DNA of 25,904 nucleotides from assembly GCA_028698185.1 (NCBI GenBank), contig JAQVDW010000024.1, positions 1-25,904 on the forward strand. Reading direction: 5' to 3'. The position numbers and the translations under genes are program-made. Source of the DNA: Erysipelotrichaceae bacterium (GTDB lineage: Bacteria; Bacillota_I; Bacilli_A; Erysipelotrichales; Coprobacillaceae). Every line of letters starts with the position of its first letter. Position 1 is the first letter of the stretch. The notes beneath the pieces are model-generated. The model did not search any database and was not told the origin of the DNA. It was given only the letters and a program-made list of their open reading frames with translations. Of this stretch, positions 9,621-18,155 are shown piece by piece.

Positions 9621-9639
9621 TTCAGTCCGCCTTTGATGT

Positions 9640-10130
9640 TTATATTTTGAACATCAGATCAGCTTGTTCAACAATCATCGATTCGATCACTTGTTTCAAA
9701 TCCGGGCTGTTTTTATTGGTGATTGCCATCGGCGCAGTCAGATAAATGTCTTTTTCTTTCATCTGCTCGCGGTCGACTTCGATTACCGGAATACCTTTGA
9801 TAACATCACTGCACTGGCATGTAAAAACAGTCAGCCAAGCGCAATTGAGATTAACGGCATCCAATTAGATATGAACCAGAATCTTGACTACGTGGCCATC
9901 GTAATTCCAAAAGCATGATCGTTATTCCCCACTAATGTCAGTTTATCGGAACATAGCGAGAATACCCCATCACCCATCATCTTTGATGAGAAGACTTCGT
10001 TGGACATATCTTCGATAATTATCATTTTCCCACCAACCGGTGCATAAATATTGCTGGCCTGTTGTACATTTTTAAATAAATCGTTTAAAAAATATCTGAG
10101 TTCAAATAATCGAATTTTTTGAATGACCAC
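9640..10130 (-). pseudogene. Disrupted PTS EIIA(Glc)-family gene
   Basis: 'IYAPVGGKMIIIEDMSNEVFSSKMMGDGV...HAFGI' continues in another frame as 'VVKILVHI*LDAVNLN...SDVIKGIPVIEVD'. A frameshift lies near 9890 and an in-frame TAA replaces the Gly of the HIGxD motif. Confidence 0.65.
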
Positions 10131-10163
10131 TTAACTCAGGCAAACATTTCAAGTTGTTAAATA

Positions 10164-10192
10164 CCACTATATCTAACTATCAGATATAGTGG
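10164..10192. repeat. Perfect 11-bp inverted repeat (hairpin)
   Basis: CCACTATATCT-AACTATC-AGATATAGTGG. It lies between the EIIA remnant and the end of the 140-aa gene. On the minus strand it is followed by TATTT, so it may be a weak terminator or a protein-binding site. Confidence 0.4.
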
Positions 10193-10390
10193 ATTTCATC
10201 CTAGTTTGAAAGAATTTGGGTAATTTGCAAATTAATGAAATCATTACCTAAGCCATATGGTCATTCAAATCGAATTTTCACCAACCAAAATAAAGATCAA
10301 TTTCCCGTTAATTTTTCTTGACTAACCTTAAAAGGCACTCTTCATTTTTATGAATCGATTTTAGTAAATCCCCACGATATCAACGGCTTA

Positions 10391-10813
10391 TTAAAAAATT
10401 GAAAAGCCACCAGATTCATATTCTTCCAAATATTCATACCACAATTCCTTGTATGTTTTAATTGTTTCTGCAATTTCCTGATATACTTCGGGTTTGACTA
10501 TGCCCGCTTCAGCCATGAACTTGTAAAACTTCTTAATGCTCGCGGCGGTCGAATTTATTGTTGCTTTGCTTGACCACATTGCCTTGCGGATGAACCACGA
10601 CGAGAAGAAATGATGCAGTGGCTCGCTTCCTTGGTCGATGCGTAGCGGCTCGTAGTAACATAGATAATCATTGATATAGAAATCCACATTAAAGACGTGA
10701 CGGTTGATTGTTTTGTTTTTTAAGCCCTGACTTTCCAGATGATGGGCAAACATCTCCAGGTACTTCTCATTTTCGCCTTTTATTTTGGCAACTTGGATTT
10801 CGAATTCATCCAT
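10391..10813 (-). CDS. Integrase core-binding (SAM-like) domain protein without catalytic domain
   Basis: 140-aa ORF. 'LESQGLKNKTINRHVFNVDFYINDYL' and 'ASIKKFYKFMAEAGIV' resemble the N-terminal core-binding domain of tyrosine recombinases. There is no R..HxxR..Y catalytic region. It overlaps the upstream gene by 8 nt. Confidence 0.5.
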   Translation of the reverse strand: MDEFEIQVAKIKGENEKYLEMFAHHLESQGLKNKTINRHVFNVDFYINDYLCYYEPLRIDQGSEPLHHFFSSWFIRKAMWSSKATINSTAASIKKFYKFMAEAGIVKPEVYQEIAETIKTYKELWYEYLEEYESGGFSIF

Positions 10814-11240
10814 TAGTCGAGCCCTCCTTTTTCACTATATATTCGATCTCATTGGCTTCACACCATTCGATGGCAATTTTCAAGTACTGATTATTCCGGT
10901 ATTCATACCAGGAATCAGCCAGACCAAGGCGGTTAGCCTTGTCTTTGAATCTTCTAAATGCACCCTTGCCAAGCAAAGACTGATCCAATTCATCCTGGGC
11001 TTTGCCTTCAGGAAGACCGGCGACGAACTCATCCATCATCGAATATTCGTCAATCTCGTACTGGCCTGGCAGCCTGATCAAGTCATCCCACTGTTCTTCG
11101 AATTCATCATCGTCCATGCCCATAATCATGTCATCGCTGCGCATGATGATTTCTCCGGTCTCACGGTTGTAGAAGAAATCGAGATCCGGACTTGCCGATT
11201 CCAGCGCATCAATTACTTCATCCAATTCAATTTTCATCAC
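10806..11240 (-). CDS. Acidic UPF0158-like protein
   Basis: 144-aa, very Asp/Glu-rich ORF. 'GKGAFRRFKDKANRLGL..WYEY' matches my memory of the UPF0158 family. AAGGAGAG RBS is present, and the likely start is ATG 11237 just after the GTG at 11240. Confidence 0.6.
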   Translation of the reverse strand: MMKIELDEVIDALESASPDLDFFYNRETGEIIMRSDDMIMGMDDDEFEEQWDDLIRLPGQYEIDEYSMMDEFVAGLPEGKAQDELDQSLLGKGAFRRFKDKANRLGLADSWYEYRNNQYLKIAIEWCEANEIEYIVKKEGSTNG

Positions 11241-11382
11241 AATTCTCTCCTTCTATGTTGTCTAGCTGCGGCGACTTTATCTCCAATTCCATCAGCCTTA
11301 AAAAAATCATTGAATGTACAAGTATTCACACTTGCTTAGTGGGACATAACCAGATTTTAACCGACTATTACTGCAGATAGCC

Positions 11383-12033
11383 TCAGTCATCAAAATCGCG
11401 ATGATCGGTCAACATCTCATCAAGATTACCGTCATCAAGTGCGGACTTGCCACCCTTATATGGAACCGCTCTTGACCTACCTGGTTTGTAATTCTTGCAT
11501 GATTTCGGGCCATAACAAAACGATTCAAACCGGTATTTCTTGACATCCCGGTCGAAATCCCACTGGATCTCCACATTGGCCATTGCTGCATAATAACAGG
11601 TGAAGCATTTGCCATTCCACATGCTTTTCGCCAACATCCGGGCGCCCCGATATTCGTAAACATCCATCAAGGGCATTCTACCGGTCCACGGACATTCACT
11701 ATCTTCTGCCGGTTTGCATTTTTTATGGATTTTAAGCGAACCGGCACGATAAAAATCAGCGAACTCCCTATTTGAATACTTCTTGGTCCAGCCGGTTCCC
11801 GATACGACATCCCCGATCCTGAAGTCAGACTTCAAATGTTGCTTTTCCGATATGGCAACACAGAAAACTTCCAGACCCTCATCACACTTGCCTGCAACAA
11901 AAATATTGTAACCGATATGGTAATGAGTGCGGTTGCTTGTAAGATACCGCCAAACCCGTGTCCGGGGCTGGATCGATATTATCTTTCCCTCCCATTTTAT
12001 TTTTACTGATTCATCTTCAAATAAGGACCACAC
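11383..12033 (-). CDS. Hypothetical Cys-rich protein
   Basis: 216-aa ORF with a GTG start 9 nt after GGGAGG. A beta-rich N-terminal half ('IQPRTRVWRY...THYHIGYN') is followed by a C-terminal half with scattered Cys ('CPW','CFTCYY','CYGPKSC'). No family was recognised. Confidence 0.6.
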   Translation of the reverse strand: MWSLFEDESVKIKWEGKIISIQPRTRVWRYLTSNRTHYHIGYNIFVAGKCDEGLEVFCVAISEKQHLKSDFRIGDVVSGTGWTKKYSNREFADFYRAGSLKIHKKCKPAEDSECPWTGRMPLMDVYEYRGARMLAKSMWNGKCFTCYYAAMANVEIQWDFDRDVKKYRFESFCYGPKSCKNYKPGRSRAVPYKGGKSALDDGNLDEMLTDHRDFDD

Positions 12034-12241
12034 CTTAATTTACCTCCCAATTCCAACTATTTATATTTTAACATTATTCTTGTTGGGCTGCCACTTACAA
12101 TGAAAATATATTGTAAGAAACCAGTATGAAACGAAGATTTAGAATTGATAAATCGCATGATGATATTGTAATCTATTCAAAAATCCCAAACCCCATAATC
12201 AAAGGAACTAGTCAATAGGCTTCCCTGACCATTTAAACGAC

Positions 12242-12286
12242 AAAAAACCCAAAGCCAAACTGGATTTACAGTAATGATTTTGGGTT
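12242..12286 (-). terminator. Intrinsic terminator of the catabolic operon
   Basis: On the minus strand, AACCCAAA...TTTGGGTT forms an 8-bp stem with a long loop and is followed by TTTTG. It begins ~45 nt after the Fe-ADH stop codon. Confidence 0.45.
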
Positions 12287-12331
12287 CATATGATTGATTA
12301 AATGGTTAAAAGACTATATTTACGGTAGGAT

Positions 12332-13456
12332 TCAATAGACAGTTTTATAGATTTCCAGAATATGGTCACGGTCGAACTCGATATAACCGCAACCAAGCAG
12401 GCGTTTCTGGTTGTTGTAGACACTTTCGGTGAATTCATCGAGTTCTTCAATGGTTATGTCATAAGTATGCAATCTCTTGATTGGAATAATTTTCAAAAGC
12501 AACTGTTCCAGAGTTTCCAACCATTCATCCTTCTGGCAATCAAGCACATTGGCCACAATTGCCTTGAGTTTGTCATAGCGTGATTGCTTAGTATAATCGT
12601 CCAGGTCGGCATACTGTTTCAATACGGCAATCAGGAAAGTGTAGTTGGACTCGCCATGGGGCACATGATATTTCGTTCCCAGCGGATAGGAGATGCCATG
12701 GACCGGGCCGCAGCTTGAATTGCCAAAGGCCCAGCCTGCCACCAGCGAACCCATCAAAAAGTCGTTGAGTTTTTCCCGATATTTTTCGACACCCATATTC
12801 GTCAGCCCCACATAGTTCTCGAGCAAAAGCTCGATTGCCAATCGGGACTGGGTCAGAGAAATCGGGCTGGCCAAGGGCGACAGGAACGACTCGATGGCAT
12901 GAGTCAAGGCATCCAGGGAGCTGGCAGCAAAAACATCGTAAGGCAAATCATGGAGCAGTTCGGTAATCATGACCGCCTGGTTGGCGAAAAGCGCATCATG
13001 AGCCAGGGCATACTTGGTGTTGAGCGATTCGATGGCCAACACCGAGATATTGGTGACTTCCGAACCGGTCCCGCAGGTTGTGGGAACCAGGATCAGCTCC
13101 TTGGTTCTTACTGGTTCGATTTTTTTAAGGAAGAGATATTCCAAAGAAATCGAGTTGTCGATGACCAGCAGTTTGCTGACATCAAGGATGCTGCCCCCGC
13201 CAATCCCGATGACCCGGTCATAACCGATGGCGCTTAATTCCTGTTGCATCTTTTCCATGGCTGCGCTGGTCGGCTCGCCCTCGAAATAGGTGCGAAAATC
13301 GATGAATGTGGCCGGACCAAGGTGTTTTTTGAGATATTTTTCATGAAGTCGCTTGCTGGCGACAACAAGATCCCGACTGGTGAAAGGGAAATCCTGGATA
13401 AATTGAGATACTGTTTTATAAGTCGCTATTTCCGGAGTGATTTTGAATTTGGCCAT
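12332..13456 (-). CDS. Iron-containing (group III) alcohol dehydrogenase, 4-hydroxybutyrate-dehydrogenase-like
   Basis: 'GIGGGSILDVSKLL' (GGGS.D..K motif). Metal-ligand His regions 'DALTHAIESF' and 'HGISYPLG...HVPHGESN' are present. Confidence 0.85.
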   Translation of the reverse strand: MAKFKITPEIATYKTVSQFIQDFPFTSRDLVVASKRLHEKYLKKHLGPATFIDFRTYFEGEPTSAAMEKMQQELSAIGYDRVIGIGGGSILDVSKLLVIDNSISLEYLFLKKIEPVRTKELILVPTTCGTGSEVTNISVLAIESLNTKYALAHDALFANQAVMITELLHDLPYDVFAASSLDALTHAIESFLSPLASPISLTQSRLAIELLLENYVGLTNMGVEKYREKLNDFLMGSLVAGWAFGNSSCGPVHGISYPLGTKYHVPHGESNYTFLIAVLKQYADLDDYTKQSRYDKLKAIVANVLDCQKDEWLETLEQLLLKIIPIKRLHTYDITIEELDEFTESVYNNQKRLLGCGYIEFDRDHILEIYKTVY

Positions 13457-13470
13457 AATCGATGCTCCTG

Positions 13471-14826
13471 CTATGCGAGGGCATTTGCCAAGGCATCATC
13501 GAGAATATCAAGACCTGAAAGCAACTGGGCATCGGTAATTACCAATGGTGCCAGGAATCTGATGACATTGCCATAGGCACCGGCGTTTTCAATCAGCAAG
13601 CCGTGATGGAAGCAATAGTCGATGACTGCGTTCACCTTTTCCGGGTAAGGTTCTTTAGTATCCTTGTCTTTGACCAGTTCCAGCCCGATCATCGCCCCGA
13701 TCCCCCGGTAATCGCCCACAAATGGATATTTCCGGGCAAATTCTTCATATCGTTTGGTCACGGTTGCGCCGATTTCCAAAGCCCGTTCGTCGAGTTTCTC
13801 CCGTTCCATGATTTCAATGACTTTCAATCCGGCAGCCACTGACATGGCATTGCCCCCGAACGTTCCCCCGATTGTCGAAGGCAGAACCCTATCCATGATG
13901 GCCCCGTTGACCACAATCCCGCTTAAAGGCATTCCAGCCGCAATCGATTTGGCCACACAGATGATGTCCGGCCTTACCCCGGCTTCGGCCCAGTAATCGG
14001 TGCAGAACATCCGTCCGGTCCGGCAGAAACCACTTTGGACTTCATCGGCGATCAGGACAATTCCATGATCATCGCAGACCTGGCGCAACGCTTTGACAAA
14101 CTCGATTGGAGCGGGAACGAAACCACCTTCGCCTTGGAGGGGCTCCATGATGATTCCGGCCACTTCATCGGCAGGCGCCGAATGCTCGAAGATCTGGCTG
14201 ATCGATTCGATGCAATGGTCGATCATTTCCTGATCGCTCATGGCTTCCGGTTTGCGGTAAAGATAAGGATATTTGGCCCGGAACACACCTGGCGCATCGG
14301 CACCGATTCCCTTGCTTAGTGATTTCTTGGCAGTCAGGGTCACCGCCATCAAAGTCCGGCCATGGAATGCTCCGGTGAAGGCGATGATGTTTTTGCGTCC
14401 CGTTGCCGATTTGGCCACCTTGATCGCATTTTCAATTGCCTCCGCCCCACTGTTGGCAAAGTAAGTTTTCCGGCTTGTTCCGGTTGTAGGTGCGATTTCA
14501 TTGAGTTTTTTTGCCAGCAAGCCATAATTCTCATGGGTGGTGATGTTGTACATCGAATGGAAGAAACTGTCGGCCTGTTGTTTGACAACCTCGATAACTT
14601 CGGGATGGGAATAGCCGATGTTCAATACTCCGACACCACCGACAAAGTCGACATAGCGGTTTCCTTCGAAATCCTCGACCATCGCTCCTTGACCGCTCTT
14701 TATGCTTAACGGATACAATGGTTTTATCGCTCCGGCAGTATTTTCTTCTCTTATTTTCAGGATTTCCTTGGTAATGGCTCCTGGCAGCTCCTCGCTGATG
14801 ATTTTAGGCAATGCATCTTTCAACAT
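13471..14826 (-). CDS. Class-III PLP aminotransferase (4-aminobutyrate/omega-amino-acid transaminase-like)
   Basis: 'FANSGAEAIENAIK', 'LIADEVQSGFCRTGRMF' and the PLP-lysine context 'DIICVAKSIAAGMPL'. 451 aa. Confidence 0.9.
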   Translation of the reverse strand: MLKDALPKIISEELPGAITKEILKIREENTAGAIKPLYPLSIKSGQGAMVEDFEGNRYVDFVGGVGVLNIGYSHPEVIEVVKQQADSFFHSMYNITTHENYGLLAKKLNEIAPTTGTSRKTYFANSGAEAIENAIKVAKSATGRKNIIAFTGAFHGRTLMAVTLTAKKSLSKGIGADAPGVFRAKYPYLYRKPEAMSDQEMIDHCIESISQIFEHSAPADEVAGIIMEPLQGEGGFVPAPIEFVKALRQVCDDHGIVLIADEVQSGFCRTGRMFCTDYWAEAGVRPDIICVAKSIAAGMPLSGIVVNGAIMDRVLPSTIGGTFGGNAMSVAAGLKVIEIMEREKLDERALEIGATVTKRYEEFARKYPFVGDYRGIGAMIGLELVKDKDTKEPYPEKVNAVIDYCFHHGLLIENAGAYGNVIRFLAPLVITDAQLLSGLDILDDALANALA

Positions 14827-15504
14827 CTATATGTCCTCCTTGTTTGTGGCAATCAGATTCCCTTGATAGTCGGGATATTTGATTTTGATATATTCCTTGA
14901 TCAGACTGACACAGTTGTCGATTCCGATTTTTTCACTGTTCAATGTCATGTCATAATTGACGGGGTTGGTCCAATAGTTGCCCCCGGTGTAATACTTGTA
15001 GTAGTCCGCCCGGTACTGGTCGGTTTTCTTGATGGTGTTGGTCGCCACTTCCTCGCTTACATGCATGTGCTCGACCGTCCGTTTCAAGCAGAAGTCCCGC
15101 GGCGCTTCGATGTAGATCGAGACCACATTGGGATTGCCCCGCAAGATCCAGTCGGCGCATTTGCCCACGATGACACATGACTCACTGGCGGCCAGGTCGT
15201 TGATTATCTGTTTCTGGTAGTAAAACAGGATATCGTCGCCGTTGAATTCTTCATTCCGGGCAATGTAATGCTTCGTCTTTGGCAGCGTTTTGAGGATATT
15301 GAGAATCCCGTTTTTCTCTACCAGTTTCTCACTCTGTTTTTCAAACAGTTCCTCATCCAAGCCGCTCATCTGTGAAGCGAGCTTGTAGATCCGGTTTTCA
15401 TAACAGTTGATGTTGAGCTCCTTGGCCAGCTTGCTGGCTATTTCCTTGCCGCCTGTGCCAAAGCCCCGGGCAAAGGTGATTACAAGATTGTCCATAATCG
15501 TCAC
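14827..15504 (-). CDS. Cytidylate-kinase-like family protein (P-loop, function unknown)
   Basis: '[38 protein letters not shown]' matches the Cytidylate_kin2-type proteins I remember. Its stop abuts the aminotransferase start, and its start overlaps the ATPase stop by 4 nt. Confidence 0.65.
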   Translation of the reverse strand: MTIMDNLVITFARGFGTGGKEIASKLAKELNINCYENRIYKLASQMSGLDEELFEKQSEKLVEKNGILNILKTLPKTKHYIARNEEFNGDDILFYYQKQIINDLAASESCVIVGKCADWILRGNPNVVSIYIEAPRDFCLKRTVEHMHVSEEVATNTIKKTDQYRADYYKYYTGGNYWTNPVNYDMTLNSEKIGIDNCVSLIKEYIKIKYPDYQGNLIATNKEDI

Positions 15505-16238
15505 CCCGCCATGAACCGGGTCAGGAATTCCCGGGTTCTTTCATGATTCGGATTGGTGAAGAGAATTTCCGGCTTGTTGTCTTCGATCACATAACCCTTG
15601 TCCATGAATATCGTTCTTGAAGAGACATCACGGGCGAACGCCATTTCATGGGTCACGATGATCATTGTCAGACCCGACTGGGCCAATTCTTTCATGACAT
15701 TCAAGACTTCCCCCACCATCTCGGGATCAAGAGCGCTGGTTGGCTCATCGAACAATAGGACTTCGGGGTTCATGCATAGCGACCGGGCGATGGCCACCCG
15801 TTGTTTCTGTCCGCCCGAAAGATGGGAAGGCAAAGCATTGATATAAGGCGCCATGCCCACCGATTTCAAGTTGGTTATGGCCCGTTTGTAGGCTTCTTCC
15901 TTGCTTATTTTTTGGACCTTCCGGGTGGCGATCATGCAGTTTTCCAACACGGTCAGGTTGTTGAACAGGTTGAATGACTGGAAGACCATCCCCACTTTCT
16001 CCCGGAAATTGTTGACATCCTTGGGAGTGTTTTTGACCGGTTGGCCGTGGAATAATATTTTACCGCTGGTTTGGACTTCCAGCTTGTTGATGCACCGCAG
16101 CAGGGTCGACTTGCCCGAACCGGAAGAACCGACGATGCAGATGACTTCACCCTTGCCGACAGTGAAATCGATCCGGCGCAAAACCTCATGGTCGCCGAAT
16201 GATTTGCTTAGATTTTCGACATGTATTAACTGTTCCAT
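15501..16238 (-). CDS. Polar amino-acid ABC transporter ATP-binding protein
   Basis: Walker A '[15 protein letters not shown]', signature '[15 protein letters not shown]' and Walker B '[11 protein letters not shown]'. Confidence 0.9.
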   Translation of the reverse strand: MEQLIHVENLSKSFGDHEVLRRIDFTVGKGEVICIVGSSGSGKSTLLRCINKLEVQTSGKILFHGQPVKNTPKDVNNFREKVGMVFQSFNLFNNLTVLENCMIATRKVQKISKEEAYKRAITNLKSVGMAPYINALPSHLSGGQKQRVAIARSLCMNPEVLLFDEPTSALDPEMVGEVLNVMKELAQSGLTMIIVTHEMAFARDVSSRTIFMDKGYVIEDNKPEILFTNPNHERTREFLTRFMAG

Positions 16239-16247
16239 AGTGACCTC

Positions 16248-17023
16248 CTATTCGCTTTCCATAAACTCGGCAGCCAGGACATAATTCTCCTTATCCGCCA
16301 TCCGATGCTCGACATATTGGAATACCCGGTTGAAAACAAAGCACAAGACAAAGTAGATAACCGCAATAACCAGATAACTTTCAAAATATTTGTAGTAGGT
16401 TCCCCCAGCCGTTTTGGCCATCAGGAACAACTCCGAAACTCCGATTACATTAAGGACCGAAGTCATCTTCAGATTGGTCAAGAACAGGTTGCTCATTTCC
16501 GGCATAATATTCTTGATTGCCTGGGGCAGGATGATCGAGGTCATCGTCTGGATGCCCGACATTCCCAAAGCCGAAGCGCCTTCGCGTTGGCCAACATCGA
16601 TCGATTTGATTCCCGCCCGGACAGTTTCGGCCATATAGGCTCCGGTATTGAGCACGACAACCAGAACCCCGGCGACCACCGAAGTGATATGGACTCCCGC
16701 TTGCAACAGACCGTAGTAGATGATCATCGCCTGGACGATCATTGGCGTTCCCCTAAAGATTTCCACAATACTGCGCTGATGAATTTCAGGAACCTCACTA
16801 TCATCAATTTGAGGGCAGTATCCTCTTTTGAAGTTTGGGTATCGCTGATGATTCCGATAATCGCTCCCAGCAGGAAACCGAGCAAGGTTCCGATTACCGC
16901 CACATACAAAGTGTTGATCGTACCGCTGATGAACAATCCCTGATACTTGTTGACCAGGAAGATCATCCAGTCAATCAAGGTCGAGTTGCTGCCCGGTTGG
17001 GCCATTAATGATAGTAAGTGCAT
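16248..17023 (-). pseudogene. Amino-acid ABC transporter permease split by a frameshift
   Basis: The 94-aa N-terminal ORF and 172-aa C-terminal ORF are in different frames but together make one HisM/GlnP-type permease. The join is '...FLKFISAV' | 'VEIFRGTPMIVQ' near 16765-16775, where one nucleotide appears to be missing. The EAA-like loop 'ASALGMSGIQTMTSIILPQA' is in the C-terminal part. Confidence 0.7.
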
Positions 17024-17040
17024 AATATTCCTCCTCGCTA

Positions 17041-17892
17041 TTAATTAGAAGCTGGTTGCAATTCGATTGCCAATCCCATCAATTCATTCATCTTGTCTTT
17101 GTCCAGATCCAAAGCATCCATGGCATCCTGGATTTTTTGTTGCAATTCGCTGTCACCTTCAGCAACGGCGATGCAGACATTTGTCGCCCCAGTTGGATCG
17201 CTCAGCGTGTCGTTTTCATCCAATTCCAATATTTTCAAATCCGGATTGGTCAACAATGCCGATTGTGATGTCGGCAAATCGATGATTGTGAAATCAGCTG
17301 CGCCATTGGAAACTGCCATGAAACATTCAGCAGTCGTGCTGTAGTACGCCCCTTGAGTGTAACCAGGCACCTGGTCCATGATTCCAACCCAACAAGTTCC
17401 CAGCTGGGTTGTCCCCACAGCTCCGGTTCCGGCGAAGTCCGACAGTTTCGTGAAAGAAGCATATTCGCTATCAGCCCTTACCACGATCACGTTTTCGCGG
17501 AAGTAATATGGATCCGTGAAATCATAGCTGGCATCGCGTTCTTGCGTGTAACCCATCCCGGCGACGATCGCATCGTATTCTCCCGAAGTCAGCCCGAGAC
17601 CGATTGAATCCCACTCGACTTTATGGACTTCCAATTCCATCCCCAATTCATCGGCGATCATTTGGGATACCATGACATCATAACCATAAGCATAATAATC
17701 AGACTGGTAGATTGGAACGGCTGTCGAACCATCAGCCACCTCAGCCGTTTCCTGAGTCCAGTTGAACGGTGCATAAGCACATTCCATCCCCACCCGCAAG
17801 ACATTCGAAGAATCCTCAGTAGCGGATGCGCTTGAAGAGCATCCAGTCAATACCATTGAACCTGCCAATAACAATCCAAATAATTTATTCAT
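17041..17892 (-). CDS. Amino-acid ABC transporter substrate-binding lipoprotein
   Basis: Signal peptide with lipobox 'MNKLFGLLLAGSMVLTGC'. The body is family-3 SBP-like. The start was chosen at ATG 17892, 9 nt after GAGAGGG. The track ORF starts at 17937, and ATG 17898 is also possible. Confidence 0.8.
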   Translation of the reverse strand: MNKLFGLLLAGSMVLTGCSSSASATEDSSNVLRVGMECAYAPFNWTQETAEVADGSTAVPIYQSDYYAYGYDVMVSQMIADELGMELEVHKVEWDSIGLGLTSGEYDAIVAGMGYTQERDASYDFTDPYYFRENVIVVRADSEYASFTKLSDFAGTGAVGTTQLGTCWVGIMDQVPGYTQGAYYSTTAECFMAVSNGAADFTIIDLPTSQSALLTNPDLKILELDENDTLSDPTGATNVCIAVAEGDSELQQKIQDAMDALDLDKDKMNELMGLAIELQPASN

Positions 17893-17993
17893 TTTCATTT
17901 TCCCTCTCTTATCTCTTTTTTCATTTTCATTCTTCATATTCGTTTTTAATATTCATATCTCATCTTGAACACCGGTATGTTTAAGATAGTGCC

Positions 17994-18002
17994 ATTATAG
18001 CA
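17994..18002 (-). promoter_or_regulatory. Extended -10 element (TGcTATAAT) for the transporter/catabolic operon
   Basis: The minus strand reads TGCTATAAT. There is no good -35, which fits an extended -10 and/or activator dependence. It lies ~100 nt upstream of the SBP start. Confidence 0.35.
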
Positions 18003-18043
18003 AACGTGATTTCGTTAACTATGTTCGCCGGTGCCAATCTTTA

Positions 18044-18060
18044 TTGTTCGGAGCGAACAA
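18044..18060. promoter_or_regulatory. Perfect palindrome, candidate operator in the divergent intergenic region
   Basis: TTGTTCG-GAG-CGAACAA. A related TGTTCGCCGG lies at 18022-18031. The palindrome is ~45-65 bp upstream of the operon -10. Confidence 0.3.
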
Positions 18061-18095
18061 TCGCCTTGAATTATGGCGCGGTTTTGGTATTTATA

Positions 18096-18124
18096 TATAC
18101 AAATTCGTAGCAATGGAGTAGAAT
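18096..18124 (+). promoter_or_regulatory. Candidate promoter of the PucR-family regulator gene
   Basis: TATACA (18096-18101), a 17-nt spacer, then TAGAAT (18119-18124). GGGGG RBS is at 18144-18148. Confidence 0.3.
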
Positions 18125-18155
18125 GGGATAAAACATGACAAATGGGGGAATATGA

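Noticed and set aside
18028-18040. Sigma-54-like TGGCAC on the minus strand upstream of the operon
   Set aside because: The element that follows after 5 nt is AACAT rather than TTGC(A/T). A good extended -10 sigma-A element is present instead.
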